Origin: Candidatus Doudnabacteria bacterium RIFCSPHIGHO2_01_FULL_45_18 | GTDB lineage: Bacteria > Patescibacteriota > Doudnabacteria > UBA920 > O2-02-FULL-48-8 | Reading direction: 5' to 3' | DNA: 64,000 nucleotides | Assembly: GCA_001779915.1 (NCBI GenBank) | Contig: MFEJ01000023.1 | Coordinates: 6,165 to 70,164, forward strand | In this document: positions 18,104-26,856 of the stretch, piece by piece | How positions within the stretch are numbered: position 1 is the stretch's first letter | How the letters are laid out: the number at the start of each line of letters is the position of its first letter | Made by a program: the position numbers and the translations under genes | The notes under the pieces: generated by a model | Seen by the model: only the letters and a program-made list of their open reading frames with translations | What the model was told of the DNA's origin: nothing | The model's database searches: none

Positions 18104-18502
18104 GTGCAAACAAAAGATAATGCTAAAAAATTAAGACGGTCCCAAACTCCAGAAGAGCTAAAACTTTGGAACCGCTTGAAAAACGGCAGACTAGCTGAGT
18201 ACAAATTTCGTCGCCAAGTCACTATAGATAATTTTATCGTGGACTTCTGTTGTTTTAAAGAACGTCTTATAATTGAACTGGATGGGCAACCGCACCGTGA
18301 GTCTAAGCTTAATGATAAACATAGAGACGAATATTTAAAATCTCAAGGATTTACAGTTATTAGATTTTGGGACGGCCAGATACAAGGAGATTTTGAAAAA
18401 ATTCTAAATATAATCATAAGCGCTCTGGAATCACCCTCATCCGGCCTTCGGCCACCTTCTCCCGTCAAGGGAGAAGGAAAAAATGAAAAATATGAGACCT
18501 AA
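18104..18502 (+). CDS. DUF559 (Vsr-like PD-(D/E)xK) endonuclease domain protein
   Basis: LRRSQTPEELKLWNRLKN...YKFRRQ...IVDFCC...LIIELDGQPH...RDEYLKSQGFTVIRFW matches the DUF559 consensus. Confidence 0.7.
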   Translation: MQTKDNAKKLRRSQTPEELKLWNRLKNGRLAEYKFRRQVTIDNFIVDFCCFKERLIIELDGQPHRESKLNDKHRDEYLKSQGFTVIRFWDGQIQGDFEKILNIIISALESPSSGLRPPSPVKGEGKNEKYET

Positions 18503-19199
18503 AAATAATTCACTCTACGCCTTAGCCATCATTGCGCATCCTGATGATGAAGCCTTTTTGCTGGCTGGCACGTCTTTAAAATTTGCCGACGAAAATAAAA
18601 CAGTGGGAGTGGTTTGCGTGACCAGAGGAGAAAAAGGCGCAGACCGACTTCATCGAAATCTGAGGCAAGATCAAATAGCTAAAATCCGAACGAAAGAACT
18701 GCAAGCAGCTTGTAAGATACTTGGTTGCGAGTGTAAACAAGTCCTTGATTACCCCGATGGAGCCTTGGATCAAGCTGATTTTGAGCAACTGGTCGGCCAA
18801 TTAACCGAAATCGTTAATCATTACCAGCCGCAAGTGGTTTTAACTTTTGGTGAGGAAGGGATTGCCGGCCATAAAGACCATATAACCATCGGCTTGGCCG
18901 CGGTGGCCGCATGCAAAAAAGCTGGTCTGAAGCCAGCGGAAATCTGGTTATCTAGCATCCCATCGTCACTTATCCAAGATTACGAAACCCATATGGAAAA
19001 ACGCAAGGTCCACCATTCTCATTTCGCCCCAAAACGGCTCATGGGCGTGCCTGACGAAAAATTATCCAAAATTGACATTCATAAATACAAAGATTTAAAA
19101 CTCAAGGCCATCGAGGCTCACCAGAGCCAGTACCTACAAGGTGGCGTCTGGCCCGAGGCTTTAAAATCCGAATGGTTTGAGATCGTCAAGCTGACTTGA
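18483..19199 (+). CDS. PIG-L / LmbE-family N-acetylglucosaminyl deacetylase
   Basis: AHPDDE and HKDH motifs. Confidence 0.75.
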   Translation: MKNMRPKNNSLYALAIIAHPDDEAFLLAGTSLKFADENKTVGVVCVTRGEKGADRLHRNLRQDQIAKIRTKELQAACKILGCECKQVLDYPDGALDQADFEQLVGQLTEIVNHYQPQVVLTFGEEGIAGHKDHITIGLAAVAACKKAGLKPAEIWLSSIPSSLIQDYETHMEKRKVHHSHFAPKRLMGVPDEKLSKIDIHKYKDLKLKAIEAHQSQYLQGGVWPEALKSEWFEIVKLT

Positions 19200-19324
19200 C
19201 CATGGTCCATTTTTTTGCTAAAATGGCAAAGCTTTACAAATTAACTCAATATTCGTTCCACCTTGGGCGGGACGATAGTCCGCCAAAGGCGGATCCGCCT
19301 TTGGCGGAAAAGGAACCCCTTTCT

Positions 19325-19777
19325 ATGCCAAAATATGAGCTGATGTATATCTTATCTTCAGCCGTCTCCGATAATGATGTGCCCCAAGTCAGTGAGGAAG
19401 TCAACAAATTCTTAACTGACTCTGGTGCGACACTTCTGGCCCAGGAAATGCTGGGTAAAAAAAAATTGGCCTATCCAATCAAGAAAACCCGGAACGGTTT
19501 TTATGTTGTCCAAACCTTTAACCTGGAAGGTCCTAAATTAACTTCTTTGGATAATAAGCTTCGATCCATGGAACACATAATCCGCTACTTAGTTGCCAAC
19601 ATTGATGAGCAGGAACGCCGAGCCGCGAAAGATAAAACCGTGCAGGAAAAAATGCGCGCCAGCCGCAAACCAATCCCTCGTAAACCAGAACCGGCAGGAC
19701 CCGAAATCAAGTTGACCGACACGGAACTGGAACAACAGATCGAAAAAGCCTTAGAGTCCGAGGATCTATCCAAGTAG
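19325..19777 (+). CDS. rpsF: 30S ribosomal protein S6
   Basis: Homology starts at MPKYELMYIL. The longer listed ORF (19196) only adds a palindromic leader (CCGCCAAAGGCGGATCCGCCTTTGGCGG). Confidence 0.8.
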   Translation: MPKYELMYILSSAVSDNDVPQVSEEVNKFLTDSGATLLAQEMLGKKKLAYPIKKTRNGFYVVQTFNLEGPKLTSLDNKLRSMEHIIRYLVANIDEQERRAAKDKTVQEKMRASRKPIPRKPEPAGPEIKLTDTELEQQIEKALESEDLSK

Positions 19778-19878
19778 TTTACAGTTGTTAGTTAATAATT
19801 TTTAGTGAGTTCTAAATAGTTAATTGTTAATAAAAACTCAATAAAAACTAAAAATTAGAAAATAATTAATTTCATCCT

Positions 19879-20313
19879 ATGGATCTCAATAAAGTCATGC
19901 TCATCGGACGCCTCACCCGCGATCCGGAAATCCGCACCACCCCAACGGGCCAGAATGTCGCGGCGTTTTCCGTGGCCACCAGTTTTAACTGGACTGACCA
20001 GGCCGGCCAGAAAAAGGAACAAACCGAATTTCACAATTGTATTGCCTGGCGCAAATTAGCCGACATCGTGGGACAATATTTGAAAAAAGGTTCCCAAGTT
20101 TACCTGGAAGGCCGCTTACAAACCCGTTCCTGGGATGATAAAACCTCGGGCCAAAAAAAATACCGTACCGAGATTGTGATTGACAACATGATTATGCTCG
20201 GCCGCCCTGTCGGGCAAGCTGGCCAGCCGCAAGCGAAATCAGCGGTTGAGCAGCCAGAACCGCCGCAACCGGAAGCTACGATTCAAATTGATAACGACGA
20301 CCTGCCTTTCTAA
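19879..20313 (+). CDS. ssb: single-stranded DNA-binding protein
   Basis: OB-fold sequence with a C-terminal acidic tail DDLPF. Confidence 0.9.
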   Translation: MDLNKVMLIGRLTRDPEIRTTPTGQNVAAFSVATSFNWTDQAGQKKEQTEFHNCIAWRKLADIVGQYLKKGSQVYLEGRLQTRSWDDKTSGQKKYRTEIVIDNMIMLGRPVGQAGQPQAKSAVEQPEPPQPEATIQIDNDDLPF

Positions 20314-20420
20314 ATCCTTAACTATGAATTAACCTAATTGATCTAATTTCTAAACTTGGAGCTTGGGATTTGGTACTTATTTAGATCAATTAGAAATTAG
20401 TAATTAGAAATTTAACTCTT

Positions 20421-20639
20421 ATGCCTAATAATTTCCCCAAAAAACCCTGTTTGTTCTGTACGGAAAAAATTTCCTATGTCGATTATAAAGACACCCAATT
20501 TATCCGCCGCTTTATGAGCCCATACGCCAAAATCATGTCTTCTCAAAAGACCGGGACCTGCTCCAAGCATCAGCGGATGGTGTCCCAAGCTTTGAAGCGC
20601 GCGCGTCACATGGCGCTTCTGCCATTCGTATCAACGTAA
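20421..20639 (+). CDS. rpsR: 30S ribosomal protein S18
   Basis: Classic rpsF-ssb-rpsR context; 72 aa S18-like. Confidence 0.85.
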   Translation: MPNNFPKKPCLFCTEKISYVDYKDTQFIRRFMSPYAKIMSSQKTGTCSKHQRMVSQALKRARHMALLPFVST

Positions 20640-20739
20640 ATAATTTTAATTTTTGAGTTTTTAATTTCTATTGAATTTTAAATATTTTAATTTAAATTTT
20701 GATATTAAAAATTATAACTATAAATTATAAATTCACTCT

Positions 20740-21312
20740 ATGGCTGTCTTAGACTTTTCCGACCTGAAAAGCACTGGTCACATCATTAAATACAATAATG
20801 AACCATACCAGATCATCTGGTCAAATTTTATGCGTACCGCGCAAAGAAAACCCGTGATCCAGGCCAAACTTCGCAACCTCATGACTGGCAAAGTCATGGA
20901 ATATTCGTTTAAATACGGCGAAAGAATTGACGAAGCAGATGTGGTTAAACGAAAATGCCAATACCTCTACGCAGATGAGGAAGGCGCGCACTTTATGAAT
21001 CCGGAAACTTTCGAAACAATCATGGTGCCTAAAGCCTTAGTCGAAGATCAAGTAAAATTTCTGAAAGAAGGCACGGATACGGTGATTATGTTTTTTGAAG
21101 ATAAACCAATCGCATTGGATCTCCCAGTCAAGATTGATCTGAAAGTCACAGAAACATCCCCAGGAATTAAAGGCGATACGGCCACCGGTGGCACCAAGCC
21201 AGCCACCCTGGAAACCGGACATGTGGTGAACGTGCCCCTGTTTATCAAAAAAGGTGACACGGTTCGGGTGAGTACCCAAACCGGCAACTACGTCGAACGC
21301 GCCAGCCAATAG
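20740..21312 (+). CDS. efp: elongation factor P
   Basis: 190 aa, three-domain EF-P-like. Confidence 0.85.
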   Translation: MAVLDFSDLKSTGHIIKYNNEPYQIIWSNFMRTAQRKPVIQAKLRNLMTGKVMEYSFKYGERIDEADVVKRKCQYLYADEEGAHFMNPETFETIMVPKALVEDQVKFLKEGTDTVIMFFEDKPIALDLPVKIDLKVTETSPGIKGDTATGGTKPATLETGHVVNVPLFIKKGDTVRVSTQTGNYVERASQ

Positions 21313-21342
21313 CATGCTGTTGAAAACTAAATCAACATTTTC

Positions 21343-21367
21343 AAACCCCGAATGATTTGGGGTTTTT
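21343..21367 (+). terminator. rho-independent terminator after efp
   Basis: Hairpin CCCCGAATGATTTGGGG followed by TTTTT. Confidence 0.6.
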
Positions 21368-21421
21368 GACAGCTAAAATTTTCCTGGACTATAATAGAAG
21401 TCCTAAAACTAATTTAATTTT

Positions 21422-21583
21422 ATGTTTATTACAAAAAGTGACATCTGTCATGAAGAAATCAACTATCCCAATCAAATTAACCTAGACTATCGTGGAGATC
21501 ATCCTAAACCTTTTGCTTTTTGCTTGGCTTGTAGTGAAACATTGATCAATTTTCTTAAAAAACACGAACTGTTATACAATTGA
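21422..21583 (+). CDS. hypothetical 53-aa protein with C-x-H...C-x-x-C (possible zinc ribbon)
   Basis: Short ORF (below the ORF-track cutoff) MFITKSDICHEE...FCLACSETL ending at the start of the antitoxin-like gene. Confidence 0.2.
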   Translation: MFITKSDICHEEINYPNQINLDYRGDHPKPFAFCLACSETLINFLKKHELLYN

Positions 21584-21614
21584 CGGATCAGACTGGAAAG
21601 AATTATAATAAAAA

Positions 21615-21780
21615 CATGAAAAATAATAAAGCTCAAATACTAACCATAAAGGATTTGCCCAAATTACGCTATCCTTTACCTGAAAGCCTAATCAAAGCGG
21701 CTGGTTTAATGAAGCATAAACGCAAGGAGTTGGAAGAGCATCTTGAGCAAGTCCGTAATGAATGGGATCGTAAAGTCTAA
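21615..21780 (+). CDS. putative antitoxin (VapB-like) of a type II TA pair
   Basis: Small basic/acidic ORF; its stop TAA is directly followed by the ATG of the PIN-domain gene. ATG 21615 is preferred over TTG 21580. Confidence 0.45.
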
Positions 21781-22152
21781 ATGACTTTAGACGCGAATAT
21801 TGTAATTGCCTATCTAAACGGCGACCCTATTATCGAGGAATTTATTAAAAAGTCTCGATCTGAGGGTCTGCTTTTGTTTTTGCCTACTGTAGCAGAAAGT
21901 GAAGTACTTTCTTTTTCAAATTGGACTCCAGAGGAGCGCAAGGCAACCGAGCAATTCTTAGAAGAGAATTTTACTTCTATAACATTTGACCGCAGTATTG
22001 CCAGGATTGCCGCTGAAATAAGACGAACTGTGAAAATAAAATTTCCTGACGCGGCTATCGCGGCCACGGCATTGTTTACCAAAACACCTCTGCTGACTCG
22101 AAACTTACACGACTTCCAAAACGTTCCTGATCTGCAAATACTATCAATTTAA
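21781..22152 (+). CDS. vapC: PIN-domain toxin, VapC-like
   Basis: N-terminal LDANIVIAYL acidic motif, IAATAL...LLTRNLHDF C-terminal PIN motif; 123 aa. Confidence 0.7.
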   Translation: MTLDANIVIAYLNGDPIIEEFIKKSRSEGLLLFLPTVAESEVLSFSNWTPEERKATEQFLEENFTSITFDRSIARIAAEIRRTVKIKFPDAAIAATALFTKTPLLTRNLHDFQNVPDLQILSI

Positions 22153-22157
22153 AAAAA

Positions 22158-22208
22158 CCCTCCGCCGTCGCATAAAGCTTTGGCGGAGGGTTTTTTTTAT
22201 GATTTTAT
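22158..22208. terminator. bidirectional rho-independent terminator
   Basis: AAAAAACCCTCCGCC...GGCGGAGGGTTTTTTTT, a perfect 9-bp stem with flanking A and T runs. Confidence 0.75.
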
Positions 22209-22579
22209 AATTGCGGTGGTCGCATTTCCACGATCGGTCCGATCGGCATGGCTAGATCTGCCGCGTTGGCTTGGACTAATTCGGAGAAACTATGGCCCCA
22301 GGAGAAAAACACTTCTGGGCTTGGGAAAGCATAACGCAAATCGGTTCCCAGGAAAAAGACTGTGCCAGCCGGGTCGAAGCGGATGGCACTGATTGCATAA
22401 AAAAAACGCCGGAAAAAACAGCGCAAAAAACTAAGAAAAAAACTATACTAATCCAAACTCGAATCCTATAAGCCCCCCCCCTCACTTGGTTTGTTGTACT
22501 CATAAAGCGAGCGATTATTAATTGCTAATTTTACTTTTATATATTATAGCATACTTTCAGATTTTATGCAAGTTAAATT

Positions 22580-23020
22580 TTACTCGGTGACTGTGACGGA
22601 GCCGTATTTGGTGGAGTTCAAATGATCATGATATTTCCAAGTTCCGACTTTATCAAACGTAAATGTCCAACTCGCATCTGCGGCAATGGCTTTTTTCGGA
22701 TCAAATTCCGGATAATCCGTATGTGTTGGATGCGGGGCTGATGCTGGCCAACGATTCTTGGAATCGTTATTGATAAAAGTCACGGTCGTGCCATTGGCAA
22801 TGGTGATGCTTGCCGGTTCAAAGCCGCTGGCGGTAATTTTAACTTCAACATTGGTGCTTTGTGGCTGACTTGGTGCTGGGGTTGGAGTTGGAGTTGGGAC
22901 TGGCGTTGGCGCTGGCGCTGGAGTCGGTGTCGGTGTTGGGGTAGGCGCGGGTGGAGTTGATTTGTTACATGCGGCCGCTAACAACATTAAACCGAGAACT
23001 AAAACTAAAATTTTTCGCAT
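22580..23020 (-). CDS. lipoprotein with Pro/Thr-rich linker and cupredoxin-like beta domain
   Basis: Signal plus lipobox (LLAAAC) after MRKIL; the (PT)n linker is encoded by a GGTGTTGGAGTTGG-type codon repeat; the C-terminal domain is beta-rich. Confidence 0.5.
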   Translation of the reverse strand: MRKILVLVLGLMLLAAACNKSTPPAPTPTPTPTPAPAPTPVPTPTPTPAPSQPQSTNVEVKITASGFEPASITIANGTTVTFINNDSKNRWPASAPHPTHTDYPEFDPKKAIAADASWTFTFDKVGTWKYHDHLNSTKYGSVTVTE

Positions 23021-23032
23021 CGCTGCTCCTGT

Positions 23033-23159
23033 CCATTGCGAGGAGGCCAATTTATTATAAAGCTCTATTCTTGTGGCCGACGCGGCAATCTGACTCTTTG
23101 GTTAGATCGCCACGCGCCTGTCAAGATTTGAGCTTTAATAAAGCAGTCGCTCGCGATGG
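23033..23159 (+). repeat. family A element copy 7 (expanded-loop variant) in the 5' region of the lipoprotein gene
   Basis: CCATTGCGAGGAG...CGACGCGGCAATCT...GATCGCCACGCGCC...AAAGCAGTCGCTCGCGATGG. Confidence 0.75.
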
Positions 23160-23180
23160 TCTTAAAAATATAATTACTTA

Positions 23181-24419
23181 TCAAAGGCCTCGATCGCGCA
23201 TGGCTTGGGCGATACGATTAATAGCTAAAATAAATGCGGCTGTTCGAAAATCGGTCTGATATTTTTCGTGCGTCGCCAAAACCTGCTGCCAGGCTTTCGT
23301 CATATACACTGTCAGTTTTCCCAAAACCACTTTTTTCGTCCACTTCAGCCCTTTGAGATTTTGCGACCATTCAAGGTAAGATGCCGCCACCCCGCCGGAA
23401 TTTGCCAAAACGTCAGGAATCACCCAAACGCCACGTGCATTCAAAATCAGATCAGCTGCTGGCGTGGTTGGTCCATTGGCCATTTCCACAATAATCTTCG
23501 CCCGGATTTTTTTGGCATTTCCTTGATGAATTTGATTTTCTAGGGCGGCCGGGACTAAGACATCCACGGGCAATTCTAATAATTTTTCATTAGTCACTTC
23601 CGCGGCTCCTGGAAAACCGATAAAAGTCTGATGCTGATGTTTATAATCACGCAATTTTTTTAAATCAAGTCCCTTAGGGCTATAAATACCGCTCTTCGAA
23701 TCAGAAACCGCGACCAGTTTAAAGCCGGCCTGGATGGCCACTTCGGAAAAATTGGAACCCACATTACCAAAACCTTGAACGGCCATGGTCGCATGTTTCT
23801 TTAACTTCGCCGCTTTTGCTGCTTGCTTTAAAACTGCCACCCCGCCAAAACCCGTAGCCTCTTCCCGACCCTGACTGCCGCCCATGCTTAAAGGTTTTCC
23901 AGTAATCACGGCGGGCGTAAATTTGCCGACTAACTTGGAATATTCATCCACCATCCAGCCCATAATTTCCGGCGTGGTGTTCACATCCGGCGCCGGCACA
24001 TCAACTTTCGGCCCAATATCTTTATAAATCAAGTCAATAAATTTGCGAGACAGTCGTTCCAGTTCCCGCTTGGACAATTTTTTCGGATCCACCGCAATGC
24101 CGCCCTTGCCGCCGCCGAAAGGAATGTCTACGACCGCATTTTTGATACTCATCCAGAAAGCCAAGGCTTTGACTTCATCCATATCCACCTGTGAATGGTA
24201 TCGCAGGCCCCCTTTGAAGGGTCCGCGCGCATCGTTATATTGCACGCGAAAGCCTTGGAAAACCCGAACCTCGCCATTGTCCAAATTTATCGGCACCGAC
24301 ACAGACAACACCCTGCTCGGGTGTTGCAATTGGACTAAAATTTGTTTATCGAGGTTTAAAATTTTTGCCGCGACATCCAGTTGCTGCATGGCTGATTGAA
24401 ACAGATTGATTTTTGCCAT
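23181..24419 (-). CDS. gdhA: glutamate dehydrogenase (Glu/Leu/Phe/Val dehydrogenase family)
   Basis: GGGKGG catalytic Lys region and a Rossmann domain; 412 aa. Confidence 0.9.
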   Translation of the reverse strand: MAKINLFQSAMQQLDVAAKILNLDKQILVQLQHPSRVLSVSVPINLDNGEVRVFQGFRVQYNDARGPFKGGLRYHSQVDMDEVKALAFWMSIKNAVVDIPFGGGKGGIAVDPKKLSKRELERLSRKFIDLIYKDIGPKVDVPAPDVNTTPEIMGWMVDEYSKLVGKFTPAVITGKPLSMGGSQGREEATGFGGVAVLKQAAKAAKLKKHATMAVQGFGNVGSNFSEVAIQAGFKLVAVSDSKSGIYSPKGLDLKKLRDYKHQHQTFIGFPGAAEVTNEKLLELPVDVLVPAALENQIHQGNAKKIRAKIIVEMANGPTTPAADLILNARGVWVIPDVLANSGGVAASYLEWSQNLKGLKWTKKVVLGKLTVYMTKAWQQVLATHEKYQTDFRTAAFILAINRIAQAMRDRGL

Positions 24420-24423
24420 TACC

Positions 24424-24936
24424 TTACCTTACCTTCTCTGGTCCTTGATCGTAGTAAGCTTGAATAAATTTTAAGATGGCCGACTCATCAAAACTTTCCA
24501 AATTTTGCATATGCCCCCAAGCCGCAAGCGAGATCCGCGTATCGTTCATTTCTCTTGGTTCCACGATAATTTTCGCATAGCGACTAGCAAAATCATTCAG
24601 CCGATTAATCGTATCCTGGTCAACTTGATCCGGTTTATAAGCAATCCAAATGCCGCCATGCTCCAAATTATGAATCAAGCGTTCGTCCGGCTGCCTGACT
24701 TTATAAATCCCCCAAGCCGCGGGCGCTGGCCAATGCCAACCAGAGGTCGGCGGGTTGGAATTATATGCCGGGTGATCAGTGGAACCTTCCGCAATATGCT
24801 CCTGGCCCTGAATTTCAAAAGCCGTTCCTGGTAAATCTTGTGGCGGCTTTTCTGACCCTTCGAACAACCAGAATCCTATTCCAACAAAACCAGCAACTAC
24901 CACCAAATAAATTAAAATTAGTTTAAATTTACCCAT
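24424..24936 (-). CDS. DUF3105-like membrane-anchored protein
   Basis: N-terminal TM and an HNLEHGGIWIAY motif. Confidence 0.45.
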   Translation of the reverse strand: MGKFKLILIYLVVVAGFVGIGFWLFEGSEKPPQDLPGTAFEIQGQEHIAEGSTDHPAYNSNPPTSGWHWPAPAAWGIYKVRQPDERLIHNLEHGGIWIAYKPDQVDQDTINRLNDFASRYAKIIVEPREMNDTRISLAAWGHMQNLESFDESAILKFIQAYYDQGPEKVR

Positions 24937-24962
24937 GTTTAAAGATTATAGCACAAACTTGA

Positions 24963-25892
24963 CTATCCCTGGTCTGCGCCGAGGTATTTTTCTGCATCCA
25001 GTGCAGCCATACAGCCCATCCCAGCCGCGGTCACCGCCTGACGATAATGGTAATCGCGGACATCGCCGGCGACAAACACGCCTGGGATATTGGTTTTAGT
25101 CTGGTCTATCGGCACAATGTATCCTTTTTGGTCTAAATCAATTTGTCCCTGGAAGACTTCGGTATTGGGTTTGTGGCCAATGGCAATAAAAGCGCCTTCC
25201 GTGGCACGTTCCTCCGCACGTGCCTGTTTGATATCTCTAATTTTCACTCCGATTAGTTTTTCATCACCCAAAAATTCTTCCACCACTTTGTTGTATTCAA
25301 TCGTGATCTTCGGATGAGCAAATACCCGATCCTGCATGATTTTAGACGCGCGTAGTTTATCACTGCGATTTAGGATCGTGACTTTTTTTACAAATTTCGT
25401 TAGATACAACGCTTCTTCCATAGCCGCATCCCCACCACCAACCACAATAATCTCTTTATCCTTAAAGAAAAACCCATCGCAGGTCGCACATGCCGAAACC
25501 CCTTTGCCGCGTAATTTTTCTTCAGAAGGCAGGCCCAACCAGATGTTGGAAGCGCCGGTGGCCAAAATCACACTTTTGGTGCTATACAGATTGGTATCCA
25601 CCCAGATCTGGAATGGTGGTTTGCTAAAATCCACTTTCGTAACATCTTCGTATATTATTTTTGCGCCAAATTGTTCAGCCTGGGCAATCATTTTTTGCAT
25701 CAGATCCGGGCCCTGGATGCCTTCGGGAAAACCCGGATAATTTTCCACATCCGTAGTGATCATCAATTGCCCGCCGAAAGTCAGTCCCGCGATAACCAAG
25801 GGCTCCAGATTGGCCCTGGCGGCGTATAAGGCGGCGGTCAGGCCCGCTGGCCCGGAACCGATGATAATCAGCTTGTGAGTATCCATATCCAT
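24963..25892 (-). CDS. trxB: thioredoxin-disulfide reductase
   Basis: FAD motif GSGPAG, redox CATC, NADPH motif VVGGGDAAMEEA. Confidence 0.85.
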   Translation of the reverse strand: MDMDTHKLIIIGSGPAGLTAALYAARANLEPLVIAGLTFGGQLMITTDVENYPGFPEGIQGPDLMQKMIAQAEQFGAKIIYEDVTKVDFSKPPFQIWVDTNLYSTKSVILATGASNIWLGLPSEEKLRGKGVSACATCDGFFFKDKEIIVVGGGDAAMEEALYLTKFVKKVTILNRSDKLRASKIMQDRVFAHPKITIEYNKVVEEFLGDEKLIGVKIRDIKQARAEERATEGAFIAIGHKPNTEVFQGQIDLDQKGYIVPIDQTKTNIPGVFVAGDVRDYHYRQAVTAAGMGCMAALDAEKYLGADQG

Positions 25893-25896
25893 AGTT

Positions 25897-26856
25897 TTAA
25901 CTTTTTACTCTTTTAATTTGCGTCCAATCCGAAGTCAGCCCGTGCTTGCCTTGCTGTCGCATTAAATAATCAAAGCAGGCCAAAGCGGCGGTTGCTCCTT
26001 CGCCGGCGGAAATCACAGCTTGTTTATAAATGCGGTTGGTTGCATCTCCTGCGGCGAAAATACCAGGCAGTGAAGTTGACTGATCGGAGGCCACGATAAT
26101 CTGTTCCTGCTCATCTAACTTTACAATATTTTTGCTAATTTGGGAATCAACCACGTATCCTAACTCCACCAACAGCGCATCCAACGGCAAATCATAGTGC
26201 TGGCCGGTTTTTAGATTGATTAACCCAAGTCCGCTAAGTCGTTGCTCGCCTAAAATTTGCTGAATCTGGACAAATGGCACGAGTGTCACATTTTTTTTGC
26301 GTAGCATCGCTTTGACCAGGGACGGGTGCGCGATCAATTTATCGGTTTTGGAAAGCACATAAACTTTTTTGGCGAATTTTGAGCAAAGCAGAGCCGCATC
26401 AGCCGCAATATCGCCAAGGCCGGCGATGGCCACGATTTTGTTTTTATAAAGCGGGGCGTCACAGTTCGCGCAATACGAAACCCCGCGACCCTTAAGCTCA
26501 TTTTCTCCAGGCACGCCTAAGTCCCTGGGAGTTTTGCCATAAGCCAAAATCAAACTTTTTGCCTTATACTGTTTGCCATAAGCCGTGACGGTAAAAGCTT
26601 GAGCCGCCAGCTTAATTTTAGAAACCTCGGCTTGTATAAATTTAACGCCGTAAGCTTCGGCTTGCGCTTTGATGGAGCTGATCAACGCAAACCCACCGAT
26701 TGGCGCAGCGCCTGGAAAATTTTCAATCTGATCCGTAAAATTGGCTTGGCCGCCAATGTCTTTGCCTAAAACCAAGACTCCCAGTCCGCGACGCGCGCAA
26801 AAGAGTGCGGCAGAAAAACCAGCGACACCACCGCCGATAATTATGACATCAAACAT
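25897..26856 (-). CDS. thioredoxin reductase-like flavoprotein, second copy with a degenerate NAD(P)H motif
   Basis: GGGVAG FAD motif and CANC redox pair; the pyridine-nucleotide GxGxxA motif is replaced by AIAGLGDIAADAA. Start placed at MFDVIIIGGG. Confidence 0.6.
   Translation of the reverse strand: MFDVIIIGGGVAGFSAALFCARRGLGVLVLGKDIGGQANFTDQIENFPGAAPIGGFALISSIKAQAEAYGVKFIQAEVSKIKLAAQAFTVTAYGKQYKAKSLILAYGKTPRDLGVPGENELKGRGVSYCANCDAPLYKNKIVAIAGLGDIAADAALLCSKFAKKVYVLSKTDKLIAHPSLVKAMLRKKNVTLVPFVQIQQILGEQRLSGLGLINLKTGQHYDLPLDALLVELGYVVDSQISKNIVKLDEQEQIIVASDQSTSLPGIFAAGDATNRIYKQAVISAGEGATAALACFDYLMRQQGKHGLTSDWTQIKRVKS

Noticed and set aside
22860-22960. Tandem GGTGTTGGAGTTGG-type DNA repeat
   Set aside because: It lies within the lipoprotein ORF and simply encodes the (Pro-Thr)n linker; it is not an independent noncoding repeat.
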